From Glaucostegus cemiculus (lineage: Eukaryota), in NCBI GenBank assembly GCA_976551045.1, contig CDPCPM010000077.1:1674001-1738000 (forward strand): 64,000 nt of DNA, in the 5' to 3' direction. The position numbers were made by a program, and so were the translations under genes. Every line of letters starts with the position of its first letter. The first letter of the stretch is position 1. Of this stretch, positions 36,240 through 49,223 are shown piece after piece. Under the pieces are notes generated by a model. That model worked only from the letters and a program-made list of their open reading frames with translations, did not search any database and was not told where the DNA came from.

Positions 36240-36490
36240 ACTGACACTGGGGAGGATACTGGGCCTCTGGCCCGGGAGTATGGCTGACAGTGAGCAGGGC
36301 ACTGGGCCTCTGGCCCGGGAGTATGGCTGACAGTGAGCAGGGCACTGGGCCTCTGGAATGGGAGTACAGCTGACACCAGAGTACTGGGCTTCTGGCCGTG
36401 AATTGCTGTCAGTGAGCGGGGCCCTGGGAGTATGGCTGGCAGCAGAGTACTGGGTCTCTGGCTCAAGTGAGCAGGGCGCTGAGGCTCTCA
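36240..36490 (+). repeat. GC-rich minisatellite, 43-bp unit
   Basis: actgggcctctggcccgggagtatggctgacagtgagcagggc occurs exactly at 36258 and 36301; a third unit starts at 36344, then rearranged and degenerate units follow. Confidence 0.92.
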
Positions 36491-39400
36491 GTGGTTTGTG
36501 TGGGAGAGAATGTTAGGGCTCTGCGCTCTGGTTTATGCAGCTTTCCCCTTCCAAGTTCAACCTTCAGCTTCTGCCTTGAGTTGAGGCTTAATTTTGCATT
36601 GCAGATTTTATTGCCTTTATTTTTGGAGTTGAATTTCCCTGCGTCATTAGGAGTTGTAGAAATTACACCTGAAGTGAACTGTGGGAGTTTATCCTCTGTT
36701 CCCTTATCCCTCCTTCAGACCGCTGACCCAGTCTTCACTTCTCAAAGTGCTTTTGCCAGCACTCACATTATAACCTGTACGTCCTGCTTCTCATCTGAAG
36801 TCTGTCAAATGTAATCTTCAATGTGCCCTTGTCACAGACCCCGTAATCCTTGTGAATAGCTAATAAGTAGTTTGTTTCTAACCCTTCATAACGTTAGCTC
36901 TTTCACCTCAATCTCCTCCATTCTAGTAAAAGAAGCATCATTTATCCAAAGTCTCTCCCCTCCTACCAGGCAGCACCTTACTGAATCTGTGCTATAACCT
37001 GATTTAGCTCAGCATCTTTTCTATTGTGTTCTGTCGCCTACTTTGCTGCATTTGCCAGATATCATCCAATCGAGGTACAGTTCATTTGAACAAGATGTAC
37101 CACTGCAAATTTTCTTACAATGAATTCCATCCACCACTTTTTTACCCTTGTAGCAATCTTATTGAACGCCACTTTGCAGTTTGCCTCAGGCTTCAGAACA
37201 ATTCAGCGAACTTCAAACGCATGTCCAAATCATCGAAGCACACATTCTGCATTGGTCTCAAAATAAACCTGTATAGGATACTGCTAGCTAAGTCCACCCA
37301 CACTATAATGTTGCCCTTAACTCTACCTCTCTGGGTCTAACTTTAACTGTTGTACATGGGAGGGTTTTGATTGCGTGGGAGGTTCAAGTGTTAAAGATGT
37401 GAAACAGGAATCCAACCCAACTCAAGCCCACAGCCGATTTCCATTTCCATTGGGGATGAGGTGAAGGAAAGAGCACTGACATCCTCTCGTGCTGGGTTTG
37501 CTAATGCAAACTTTTAAATTGTGGCTTCATTTTTAACCACGTTTGGCTAGATTGTCTGAACCCAGGGAAACAGTCACTGGATCTACCAAGTAAATACCTT
37601 TCACAGCTCCACTTGGAGGGAAACCCTTCCCCTATTCCACCATCTTCCCTCATGTACCAACCTGCATCCCCTTATCCTTGCAATTGTTTGCCTTATAACT
37701 TCAAATGACCCTCCCATTCCTACCCACCCCCACAATCTCTGCCATTGCCTCTGATCACTGCTGATAGCCCATCTGTGCCTCCAGGTTTGTTCACATCCAC
37801 AGCAATTCCTGGCCAAGACCAAGCCAAAGCTGTCAATCAGATTCCAGCTGGGGCACCTGTCTTTCTAAGGAATAAAACACACTGGAATTAAAATGATGCT
37901 CAAGGAAACCCAGACTTCCGAATTCCCCAGTAACAGTTCCTCACTCCCTGGCTCGCAAATCCTCTCCCTGTAAATATCAGGACCTCTTTCTTTCCGCCTA
38001 ACTAGTTTTTAAACCCAATTATTGCCCTAACCCCAACTCCACGCTAGTCAAGTAGCAGCCTTGAAGTAGAACAGTAAGGTTATGAATCTCCTTATTGGCA
38101 GCTAAGCATCACAGCAGCATGCCAGATTCCAGATATATATTAGGCTAGATTTTCTGACTGACAGGTGCCATAGGAAATCTGTGTTTACAATATGTGATCA
38201 AAGTTTTCAGTGCACAAGTGAACCAGTACTTTCAATAAAGCACTGGCTCATTTATATTATTGGTTAGCATGGATTGCAGTGATTATGACGTAAGATGGAT
38301 TGCAAGCCTTCGATCAACCTTGCTCAAGAGTTGAAATGAAGTTACAAATTCTTCAAAGCCAGATAATTCTATAAATAAGCAAGTTCTCAGAATTATGATT
38401 GCAGTGCATCATTTGATCTTTCTGTATTTCCCTGGGTGATTGTTTTCTCTTTCCTGGGATAAGTGAGATTCAAATTTGTTTCATAATCTTTCCCTTAATG
38501 GCTATTATTAAAATAATGAGTGTTATTTCTGGGCACTACCTTCTCAAAATGCATTTACTATTATCTCTAAGTCAAGGAATGTTTGAATGTAGTTCAGTGG
38601 TGCCATCTTCAGGCTTAATTGGCATAAGTAGCTTGTTTTATTCCAAATGGAATTTCAGTTTTTGTCTAATTTGCACGGGGAGAATTATTGCAGTTTGCTT
38701 TCAGTAGGAAAGTAGAAATATGATATCCAGATGTGTACTCAGCAGCAGACGTACAATCCAGTGGAATAATTTCTGCTATCAAGATTAACCTGTGGAATAT
38801 ATGTGATAAAGACCATAACCTGAAGTAAACCTATCACGGAATAATTCTGCACATCTCACATATAAGTTTCTATGGTAATTTCATCCTTAAGAACAATTTA
38901 CATTTATGTAGTGGCTTATCATCATGCAAAGTGTTTCCCAGGTACTGTGCATCACTTTGATGCTCGTTAATTGTTGTTTGGGCAGAGACAGCTGGGATTT
39001 TATTGCTGGCCAATTCTCGCCAATAGCAATGAGACGTATGAGACCAACTATTCTGTAGCTGATGATTTTGGTTGTGCATGACATTTTTTGCAATTTTCCC
39101 TTTGACATTTGTTTACAATAATAGTTTATGATAAGTGTCTTGACTTCAAATTCCAAAGTCATTCAATTGGTCACAAGTTTTCAAATATTTTGATTTTGAA
39201 TGTGAGGACTCCGCTGGGACTTCTGTTAATCTTTCCCAGCTATTTACAGGGCATTCCTGCAAACAGATGCCTATTATCATTCCATTTTAACGTGTAGCAA
39301 AGCAGATGAGAGAGCAGTTATGGCAAGCAGGACAGGTGGAGTAAATGTGGTCTCAGCAGATCAACGACTGTGTTGGGAAGTCCATAAGCAGTTCTGTAAT

Positions 39401-39829
39401 GCAAACATATTTTTAAGGTTCGGCTTGAAGGATGTAGCATTGGAAGGACCTGCAGAACCCAGTGGGGCAGGAGGCAAAGCATGAGTTGTTGTAGATTTGG
39501 AGTCCAGAAATTCTTCTTCAGCGGTCATTCTCTGGAAGAAAACACAACCAGATATGTGTTCAAAATCCAAATCATGGTCTGAAAGTCCCCAGAACTGGTC
39601 CACATGAATATTTTCCTCCTCCTATTAGTGGACTATTCAGTACTCTTGCCCATAGGGTTACGGTAGTGGGGAAGAAGTGTGGAGGTTGGGAGGGGTGCGA
39701 TGGTGGAATGTGTGATCCGACATATATTGTCTTTGCTCTAACGGAGCCTGTGTACTAAGGTGGGTCATTAGTAATTGTTGTACTTTTGCTAGTGGAATGT
39801 GCACAAGGCATGGTCTTATTTTTTAAAAA

Positions 39830-40115
39830 GACTCAATAACAACAAAACAAAGCATTCTTAAGCAGGTAAGATGTGTCAAAGTGCATGAGAACGATGCTAC
39901 CAAACAAAATGTGACATCAACCTGTATAAGGAGAAATTAAAACAATAACTAAAAGCTTGGTTAAGAAGCATTTCAAAAGAGGAGAGAGAGGTGGAACAAT
40001 CTGGGGAAAGATTTCGAGAGACCAGGGTCTCAGGAACTTAATGCACAGCCAGCAAAAGGGGAGTGGTTAAATAAGGATTTGCACAAAGACCCAGAGGTGG
40101 GGGAGTGTAAGGCTA
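39830..40115 (-). mobile_element. Old L2 3' end
   Basis: Reverse complement resembles 31050-31290 (caaagtgc..ccaaacaaaatgtgaca..aaaagcttggttaa..ggaaagatttcgagag). Confidence 0.55.
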
Positions 40116-42094
40116 AAGGATATTAGAAAGAAATGTTGTCAAGACTGAAGCTATAATAACTTCTGTTGTATAGAGCCATAGAAAGAATATTAGCAGAGAG
40201 GTTTTGTATGAGCCAAATCACTGTCCCAGTTTTATTTTCCTCTTATGGATAAAATCTACCAATGTGGCTAACTGCCTGTGTGTTTAGTATGGTGAAATTC
40301 TGGCTGAAATCACCTACACATCATCAAGAAAGGAAGCAAAGAAGTATGTGCTTTACAGGTGCAGGCTCTAAAAGAGACCAGCACAGTGTCTGTGTGGCGT
40401 GTCAATTATGCAGATATTCTGTGTTGTACATGATAAATTTTGACAGCCTATCCACACACCCTGTATCCCAGGACATAAGGATAAATGGACTTATTTGTTG
40501 ATAGAATACGTCCTGCCCATCTCACAAAGAAACCCCAAGACCTTTGCTCCAAAGTTGAGGAGGAAGGGGAGCAGCCAGTGGAACCCCCATATTTCTCTAT
40601 CTCTATGACAACAGAAAAAAATTTGATGTTAATGTTGAGGAAAGTATCTAAAGTGTATTGCTAGAACAATTTAGGTAGGGATATCAGCACTGGTGTTTAA
40701 CTAGGATGGGAGTGCAGCATGTTATTATGTTTACTTATGGTATCGAAGGAGGTCACATTGCAGCCTCCTTCCTCCTCCTGAATTGTAGCAAGGTATGAGT
40801 TTTCATGTTTTATGCCAAGCTTAATGTGACACCTGAACAATATTTTTTTGCCTCCTTTCATCTAGAGATGTTCTCCATTGTGTGGGGGATTCCAACACCC
40901 GTGTTTGGAACTCTGTAGTGGAACGGTTCCTTCCATTGCAGTTTGCACGGGGCATGTGGTAATGTCTGGAAAGGACGGCTCGATTTCACAGGTCCCTAGT
41001 GCACCAGGAGCAGTTCATGTGGAAACATCTGCTACTGCAGAGAAGTTGTCCAAATGTCAAAATACACCCAGAATTTGCCTTGACTCAACTGGAGAATGGC
41101 AATGAGCAGTTACACTTGAGACATTCCAAGTCTACTTCAATATCTGCTCTGTATTAATACCATGCAGCAGTTCTCTGTCAGCTCTGTGCACAGAGCAATG
41201 AGCAGTCGCCAGTTGGCACCAGTGTCAACAGCAGTTTAGCCTTGCACAACTGGAATTTGGTGCTGTCTTAAAAGGAAACATGTCAATCAAGACTCCAGCA
41301 AAGATGAATGGCTGCTTTTTAATGTCAGAGCTGGAGGTATGTCAGGTATGATTACATACACTAGTGTTTGCATCAGTGTGTACTGTGCAAACCTCCTTCA
41401 GCAGTGTGAGTAGATGCCATCAACAAGTCATTGTTAAAATTGAGAAAATAGTATTCAAGCACAAAACAGTTGTTTGCACCATAGCTTTATCTGATATTTC
41501 ATCACTGTGCTTTCAAGCTGCATGCTGGTGGTCTGAACTAAATATGGCAAAACATTCACAAATAGAAAACAGTTATATCAAACAAATATCAATAAGAATG
41601 TGCATTATTTCTTGGCCTATATTGGCCTGTTTTCTGCTGATGATTTTAAAGCATATTCATTCTCTAAATATGCCCAGATTGAGATGTTTAGCCATTATCC
41701 TATCAAACTGCAAGTAGCTCTCATGGCCTAGACTACAGGACATTTGAAGGTCTCTTGATATTTCAAGCATCTTCCTAATGACTGCCTTGTTCTTCCACTT
41801 GTCTTACTGTACATCTTCTCTGCTGGAGTTTAGAGGACAGTTCTGATATTGGTTACTGTGACATTGGTCTGCCCCCAGAATGCATGGGTTGTACAATCTC
41901 CACTCTCACTGCTGAGTCTGATCATGTTCAACTGCCATGCAGGCGTCATCATACCCCAGGAATAGAGCATTATTTTTTCAGCATTTAGATGTCTTATTTT
42001 CTAGTAGAGGTCTTAATCACTACTTATCGCTACTGAGGCTGTGCAAGGGATGTACAACTGAGAACCGCTGCATGTGGTTCCACTCGTAGGTATT

Positions 42095-42270
42095 AAAAAT
42101 AAAAAATACTGGAAACACTCAGCAGGTCAGGCAGCATCTGTGGAACGAGAAACAGCTAACAGTTCAGATCCAGGATCCGTTGTCAGAACTGGGAAAGGGA
42201 GAAGGCAAGTTAGTCCAGGTGGCAGCGAAGGTGGAGGGGGCAATGGGTGGAATAAAGGAATGCCAAATGA
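42095..42270 (-). mobile_element. Penelope pLTR fragment with degenerate hammerhead
   Basis: ctggaaacactcagcaggtcaggcagcatctgtgga; minus strand AGTT CTGACAA C GGATC CTG GATCT GAAC at ~42162-42190. Confidence 0.7.
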
Positions 42271-42304
42271 AATGATGCGACCATGGGTGTTCTGTAAGAA
42301 ATAG

Positions 42305-42730
42305 ATGACTTGAATTTACATAGCTTTTTCATGACATCTCAAAGTGTTCACAGCCAACTGAGTGTGTTTTGGTCACTCCTGTTATAATACAGAAGGCAGC
42401 AACCAGCCAAATTATGCACAGCAAGATCCATCAAACCAAAATGAAATAAATTTATGAAAATAATCTCTTGAGGTAGAAATGTTCATCAAGTTAGCAGAAT
42501 AAGTAAATCTGCCAGCTTTCCAAATGGACTGCCCCCACTTCTGCTATCATTGAGGAAATACTGGGAGTCTTTTTTAAGCCACCCAACAAGGCACACAAGG
42601 CTTCCTTGGTCTGAAAGACTCATCAGGACACTCCCTCTGTGTGGCACTGAGGTGACAGTCTTGGGTGCCAGGGAAAGGCTCGAACCTGTAATCTCTTGCC
42701 TTGGAGGTGAAAGTGCTGGTCATAAGGCAT
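42305..42730 (-). mobile_element. Highly decayed Deu-domain-like SINE (SacSINE1/AmnSINE-like) with L2-type tail
   Basis: caaagtgttcacagccaa..agccaaattatgcacagcaagatcc..gggagtcttttttaagccacc..ctgaaagac..cactccctc..gcactg resembles recalled DeuSINE consensus; recognition by eye only. Confidence 0.45.
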
Positions 42731-42911
42731 TACCAGAAAAAAAGGTCAGACGCTAGAAATAGCTCTACACCATTTTCTCCAGCGTTCGGTGCTGTGGGTC
42801 ACCCTATCAGTATTTGTGAAAGCCGTACAAAGCGCCAGAACCTCAGCTGTGAGCTTCACAGAATGGCATGTTGCGTAAAATCAAACTAAAATTGACATTG
42901 TTGGCTTTGGT

Positions 42912-45420
42912 GCAGGATGTGGGGTACAAATTACAACAGGAGATAGAAAAGGCATGTAAAAAGGGCAATGTTATGGTGGTCATGGGGGATTTCGATATGC
43001 AGGTAGATTGGGAAAATCAGACTGATACTGGATCCCAAGAGAAGGAATTTGTAGAATACCTACAAGATGGCTTTTTAGAGTGGCTTGTGGTTGAGCCCAC
43101 TGGGGGAAAGGCAATTCTGGATTTGGTGTTGTGCAATGAACCAGATTTGATCAGGGACTTGAGGAAAAAGGAACCCTTAGGAGACAGTGATCGTAATATG
43201 ATAGAATTCACCCTGCATCTTGAGAAGGAGAAGCTAAAATCTGATGTACCAGTATTACAGTTGTGTAAAGGTAACTACAGAAGCATGAGAGAGGAGCTGG
43301 CCAAAGTTGATTGGAAGGAGACCCTAGCAGGGATGACAGTAGAGCAGCAATGGCAGGATTTTCTGGGAGTGATTCAGAAGACGCAGGATCAGTTCATCCC
43401 AAAGAAGCAGAAGCATTCTAAAGGGAAGATGAGGCAACCATGGATGACAAGGGCAGTCAAAGACAGCATAAAAGCAAAAGAGAGGGCATACAATATTGCT
43501 GAACTTAGTGGAAAGCTAGAGGATCAGGAAACTTTTAAAAACCAAAAGAAGGCAACTAAAAAGGCAATAAGGGGAGAAAAGACAAAATATGAAGGTAAGC
43601 TAGCCAATAATATAAAAGAGGATACCAAAAGTTTTTTCAGATATATAAAGAGTGAAAGAGAGGGAAGAGTGGATATCGGACTGCTGGAAAATGATGCTGG
43701 AGAGATAGTAATGGAGAACAAAGAAATGGTGGAGGAACTGAATAAGTATTTTGTGTCAGTCTTCACTGTGAAAGACACCAGCAACGTGCCAGAAATTTGA
43801 GAGAATCAGGGAGTAGAAGTGAGTGTAGCCATTATTATTAAGGAGAAGGTGCTTTGGGAAGCAGAAAGGTCTGAAGGTAGGTAAGTCACCTGGACCGCAT
43901 GGACTATACCCCAGGGTTCTTAAAAGGAAGCTGAGAGATTGCGGAGGCATTAGTAGTGATCTTTTAAGAATCATTAGATTCAGGAATGGTTCCGTAGGAC
44001 TGGAAAATCACAAATGTCACTTCACTGTTTAAGGAGAGATGGAAGCAAAAGACAGGAAATTATAGGCCATTTAGCCTGACTTAAGTGGTTGGTAAGATGT
44101 TAGACTCCATTATTAAGGATGAGGTTTCGAGGTACTTGGAAGCACATGATAAAAGAGGCCGAAGTCAGCATGGTTTCTTTGAGGAGAGATCTTGCCTGAC
44201 AAATCTGTTGGAATTCTTTGAGGAAGTAATGGGCAGGGTAGACAAAGGAGAGTCAGTGGATGTTGCTTGGATTTTCAGAAGGCTCTTGACAAGGTGCCAC
44301 ACATGAGGCTGCTAAACAAGATAGAAGCCCATGGTGTTACAGTAAAGGTACTAGCATGGATAGAAAATTGGCTGACTGGCTGAAGGCAAAGACTGGGAAC
44401 AAAGGGGACCTTTCCTGAGGCTGCCGGAGACTAGTGGTGTTCCGCAGTGGTCAGTACTGGGTCCCCTACTTTTCATATTATATGTCAATGATCTGGATGA
44501 CAGAATTGATGGCTTTGTGGCCAAGTTTGCAGATGTTACAAGGATAGGTAGAGGGGCAGGTAATGTTGAGGGAGCAGGGAGTCTGCAGAAGGACTTGGGC
44601 AGGTTGGGAGAATTGGCAAACGAATGACAGATGGAATACAGTGTAGGGAAGTGTACGGTCATGCACTTTGATAGAAAGGATAAAGGTGCAGACTATTTTC
44701 TAAAATAAGAGCAAATTCAGAAACCAGAGGTGCAAAAAGACTTGGGAATCTGAATGCAGGATTCCCTAAAGGTTAACTTGTAGGTTGATTCAGTAGTAAG
44801 GAAGTCAAATGCAATGTTAGCAATCATTTCGAGAGGACTAGAATATAAAATCAAGGATGTAATGCTGAGGCTTTATAAAGCATTGGTCAGACCATATTTG
44901 GAGTATTGTGAGCAGTTTTGGGCCCTATATCTAAGGAAGGATGTGCTGGCATTGGAGAGGTTCCAGAGGAGGTTTTACAAGAATGATCCTGGGAATGAAA
45001 GGGTTAACATACAAGGAGCATTTGATGGCTCTGGGCCTGTACTCACTGGAGATTAAAAGGACGAGGGGGGATCTCATTGAAACCTACCAAATATTGAAAT
45101 GCTTGGATAGAGTGGACATGGAGAGGATGTTTCCAGTAGTGGGAGAGTCTAGGATCAGAAGGCACAGCCTCAGAAGAGAAGGACATCCCTTTAGAACTCA
45201 GATGAGAAGGAATTTCTTTAGTCAGAGGCTGGTAATTCTGTGGAATTCATTGCCACGAATGGCTGTGGAGGCCAAGTCATTGGGTATATTTAAAGTGGAG
45301 GTTGATAGGTTCTTGATTAGTAAGAGCATCAAAAGTTACAGGGAGAAGGCAGGAGATTGGGATTGAAAGGGAAAAGTAAATCTGCCATGATTGAATGTCT
45401 AATTCTACTCCTATGTTTTA
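42912..45420 (+). mobile_element. CR1 LINE, ~2.5 kb 5'-truncated copy (end of endonuclease, RT, tail), with stops and frameshifts
   Basis: VMGDFD..LDLVLCNEP..PLGDSD..PWMT..KSFFRYIK..LNKYFVSVFT; GNYRPFSLT; SQHGF..RSCLTNLLEFFEEV; tttgcagatg (FAD); LYKALVRPYLEYCEQFW; MRRNFFSQRLVILWNSLP. Confidence 0.95.
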
Positions 45421-45857
45421 CGGTCACCAAATATCCAGCATGTAGCAAAGGGATGCAGTCTCTTAAAGGGACATCCCACCAAACACCACATCGTATGAGC
45501 TGTTTAACTGGCCTTGGAATGGAGTGCCACTTAGGAAACAGAAACGGCTGAACATGGATGGGCATAGAACTCCCCTCTGAGGAACTCCTGCAATGGCGTC
45601 CAGGGGCTCCTACAATTGGCATTCAATGATCACATTCACCTTCCTGTGCACAAGACATGACTCCAACCATTGACATTTGCTTTTGCCAGAGCTCCTTGAT
45701 GATCACTCTCAGCTAAATGCAGCCTTGATGCCCGGGACAGTTACTCTCACCTTGTCTCTGGAATTCAGCTCATTGGTCCTTATTTTGACCAATGCTGTGA
45801 TGAAGGTGGGAGCCAAATGGTTCTGGTGAAACACAAACTGACCATCAATAAGCAGGT

Positions 45858-46421
45858 GCCAAAAACAAACTGCTGGAGGAAATCAATGGGTCAAACAGCA
45901 TCTGTGGAGACCAACCTTGTCAAAATGCACCTAGATACAATAAGCTATCTTTGTTAGTCACATGGACATCGAAACACATACCGAAATGTATCTTCTGCGT
46001 AGAGTGTTCTGGGGGCAGACCGCAAGTGTCGCCACGCTTCTGGCGCCAACATAGAATGCCCACAACTTCCTAACCTGCACGTCTTTGGAATGTGGGAGGA
46101 AACAGGAGCACCCAGAGGAAACCCACGCAGACACAGGGAGAACATACATACTCATTACAGACAGCGGCCAGAATTGAACCTGGGTCATTGGCGCTGTAAA
46201 ACATTACGCTAACCGCTACACTACCGTGCCTCATTAAAAGCCTCGACTTCTCCACTCCGCTCACCCACGCCAACCTCACCCCTCTGAGCAAGCAGCTCTC
46301 CACTTACTCTGCACCAATCCCAACCTTGTCAAACGTCTCCACAGATGTTGCTTAACCCATTGGATTCCTCCAGCACTTTGGTTTTTTGCTCCAGATTCCA
46401 GCATCTGCAGCCTCCTGTGTC
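45858..46421. mobile_element. Fold-back Penelope pLTR element with a ~410-bp central insert
   Basis: 45871-45910 (tgctggaggaaatcaatgggtcaaacagcatctgtggaga) is inverted at 46336-46375. Direct repeat ccaaccttgtcaaa at 45911-45924 and 46320-46333. Confidence 0.75.
45945..46230 (-). mobile_element. Young V-SINE with Rex1-like tail, full length
   Basis: Reverse complement of 49224-49521; ends ..gctaaccgctacactaccgtgcc. Confidence 0.9.
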
Positions 46422-47034
46422 TAGGTTATTGGTGACTGAGTGCCATCTGACAGCACTGTTGATGACACCTTCCATCACTTTGCTACTCATTGAGAGTAGA
46501 CTGGGCGAAATGAGCTTAGTTAGATTTGTCCCGCTTTGGTGAACAGGCCATCCCTGAGCAATTTTCCACCTTGGGTAGATTCCTGGATTATAACCGTACT
46601 GAAGCAGCCTTGGTAGAAGCATAGCTAGTTCTGGAGCACGTCTTCAATATTCCGGCACAGATATTCCCTGGACCCGTAACCTTTACTGTATCCAGTGCTC
46701 TGAGCTATGGAATGAATCAAATTGGTTAAGGGCTGACCTGTGATGTTTGAGATCTCAGAAGAAGGCCAGAGACCTACACTGCTCACTCTGGCTGAACATG
46801 GTTGCTTTAACTTCCTCTTCAGCACTAACCTGCTGGGTCCTGCCATTGTCTTCAGCAACTCCTCATCCCATGAGCTGTTTAATTGTCCACCACCATTCAC
46901 AACTAGTTGTAGAAGAACAGCAGAACATTGATTCGATCCACTGGTTGTGAGATCACTTAGCTCTCTGCGTACTGTTTTATTTTTCCTTATGGTATGTATT
47001 ATCATCCTGAATTATAGCTTCACCAGACAAGAAT

Positions 47035-47152
47035 CCCCCCCTCTCTCTCTCTGCCCCCTCTCTGTCTCTCTCTCTGTGTCTCTCTCTCTCTGCCCCCTCT
47101 CTGTCTCTCTCTCTGCCTCCTCTCTCTGTCTCTCTGTCTCTCTGTCTTTCTC
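47035..47152 (+). repeat. Imperfect (CT)n microsatellite with higher-order unit
   Basis: ctctctctctctgccccctctctgtctctctctctg occurs twice, followed by further CT/CTGT runs. Confidence 0.9.
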
Positions 47153-47527
47153 CATCCCCACCTCTGCAGTGTTGTGGAGTGTCTAATAACGACCACTATA
47201 CTAACAGTTACAGGCTAATCACTGTTGACTCACGACTGTGATAATGTGTCAACGCCTTTGTTTTTACTAACATTGACTTCTGGTCAAATGCAGACAGCCA
47301 CTCACTATTCTCCTTGACTCTATTTTCATTATTTACTTTTAATAAAGGCGGCTAAGTATATTGACCTGATCGAGGCCTATAAATTTAGAGAGGTTTTATA
47401 AAGTTAATGGAAGGGAGATGTTTCCACATTGTGGAGTGCGAAAACCAAGGCTCTTGAGTGTAGGATGGTCACATAAATCCAATGAGATGTCAGGCTCATC
47501 TTCTGTAGCTAGGCAGCGATGATATCC

Positions 47528-47843
47528 AGGGTGGTGCAGTAGGGCAGCTGGTTGAGCTCCTGTCTCATAGCTCCTGTGACTCTGGTGCTGTCTGTGCACA
47601 TTCTCCCTGTGACCATGTGATCTTCATGTGGGTGCTCCGGTTTCTTCCCACATTCCAAAAATGCGTGGATTGGTAGGTTAACTGGCTACTGTAAACTTCC
47701 TTTAGTGTGTGAATATGGGAGCAGGGGAGTTGACTGGAATGTGGGGAGAATGAAAAGAGTGAGAGTAGAGTTGGTATGAAAATGGGTGCCTGATGGTCAG
47801 CACAGACTCTGTGGGCTGAAGGGCCTGTATCTCTCTATGACTC
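47528..47843 (+). mobile_element. V-SINE with CR1-type tail
   Basis: Head gggtggtgcagtagggcagctgg, V core gggtgctccggtttcttcccacattcc, tail gtgggctgaagggcctgtatctctctatgactct. Confidence 0.8.
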
Positions 47844-48459
47844 TAAACTGGAACTCCTAAACGCATCAAATGGTTGCAGCACTTAGCATAGATGGATCGA
47901 AAGTGAAGTTAAATAAATATATGAGGGAAAGTAATTGGAAGTCCTGACAACAAGGAGGGAGTTTGTATGGAACATAAACACTGGCAGACAGATGTCAGAC
48001 CGAATGACCTGTTTCTGTCCTGTAAAATTCTATGAAATTGCATGATATCTGTGGAAGATTCAGTTTTGTGATGCTTGCTTTATCTGATAATGACTGGAAC
48101 AGAATTATCTGCTTGAAAGACTACTGGAAAATATATTCGAATCTATCCTGTTCACATCAATTGCCATCATATTTATCATGTGAAAGGTTTTCAAAAAGGA
48201 ATTGAGCCTTTGAAGTGTTGAAAAATACTTGTAAATGCAGCAGTCCCTTTGAATGCTGACTCTGATGCAACACTATATTTTTTGTAGATATATACAGCCA
48301 GGATTATGGAGTGAAAGAGTGATTTTTAAAGGAGAATGGAAATGATCTGGATCAAAGTGAAGAAAATTGGAAACAAATTTTGAAATGAAAAAGCATAATT
48401 TTTCCTCTGTCTATTGAATGTTAGTTTCTGTTGTTTAAAACAAACCCGTTTGTTATACA

Positions 48460-49015
48460 GGGACACAAGATTCTGCAGATGCTGGAATCTGGAGCAACAC
48501 ACAAAATATAAGATGATGAGAGGTATGGATCGGCTAGATAGTCAAAGGCTTTTCCCCAGGGCTGAAATGGTGGCCACAAGAGGAGATAGGTTTAAGGTGC
48601 TGGGGGAAGATATAGGGGAGATGTTAGGGGTAAGTTTTTTACTCAGGGAGTGGTGAGTGCGTGGAATGGACTGCCAGAGATGGTGGTGGAAGCGGATACG
48701 ATAGGGTCTTTCAAGAGACTGTTGGATAGGTACATGGAGGTAAATAAGATAGAAGGCTATGGGTAAGCCTAATAGTGTGGGGACATGTTCAGCACAGCTT
48801 TGTGGGCCGAAGGTCCTGAATTGTGCTGTAGGTATCTATGTTCTATGCTCTAAAAAGTGCTGAAGAACCTAGCAGGTCAGGCAGTGTCTATGGAGGGAAA
48901 TAAACAGTCGACGTTTCGGGTCGAGTCCTGATGAAGCGTCAACCGTTTATTTCTCTCCATAGATGCTGCCTGACCAGCTGAGTTCCTCCAGCACTTTTTG
49001 AGTGTGTTGCTCCAT
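48460..49015. mobile_element. Fold-back Penelope pLTR mini-element interrupted by a CR1 3' fragment (48507-48851)
   Basis: Arms ~48853-48915 and ~48937-49000 are inverted; the apex holds hammerhead pieces (cagtcgacgtttcgggtcga / gtcctgatgaag). Perfect TSD tttgttataca at 48449-48459 and 49016-49026. Confidence 0.85.
48507..48851 (+). mobile_element. CR1 3' fragment
   Basis: YKMMRGMDRLDSQRLFPRAEMVATRGDRFKVLG..; tail gtgggccgaaggtcctg..tctatgttctatg. Confidence 0.9.
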
Positions 49016-49223
49016 TTTGTTATACAAAATATAGGACTATTTATATTTAATTTCATTAAAGTATTAACTGCAGCAGAAATAGTTGCATTTTTTGCAGTCA
49101 CTTTCTCAGTTTTCCCATATCATAGGCCGCTTTCAGGGTAAGAAGTGGGATGGGAAGCTTCATTCCAGTGCTGTAGTAATTGCTGGTTTTTATAAACCCA
49201 TTGGGGTTGGTCTTTTACATTAA

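Larger units (their letters stand above)
45425..46985 (-). mobile_element. Decayed non-LTR RT fragment (CR1/L2-group family) hosting nested insertions at ~45858-46421
   Basis: Minus strand ..SLLSMSSKVMEGVINSAVRWHSVTNNL continues across the insert as L.DGQFVFHQNHLAP at ~45810-45855. Confidence 0.65.

Noticed and set aside
36258-36490. CRISPR-like array
   Set aside because: Units are directly tandem with no unique spacers, no cas genes are present, and the DNA is vertebrate.
42868-43800. 310-aa ORF, the longest in the window, as a host or domesticated gene
   Set aside because: It is the endonuclease-linker part of CR1 ORF2 with an ATG borrowed from flanking DNA; the colinear downstream RT has many stops and frameshifts.
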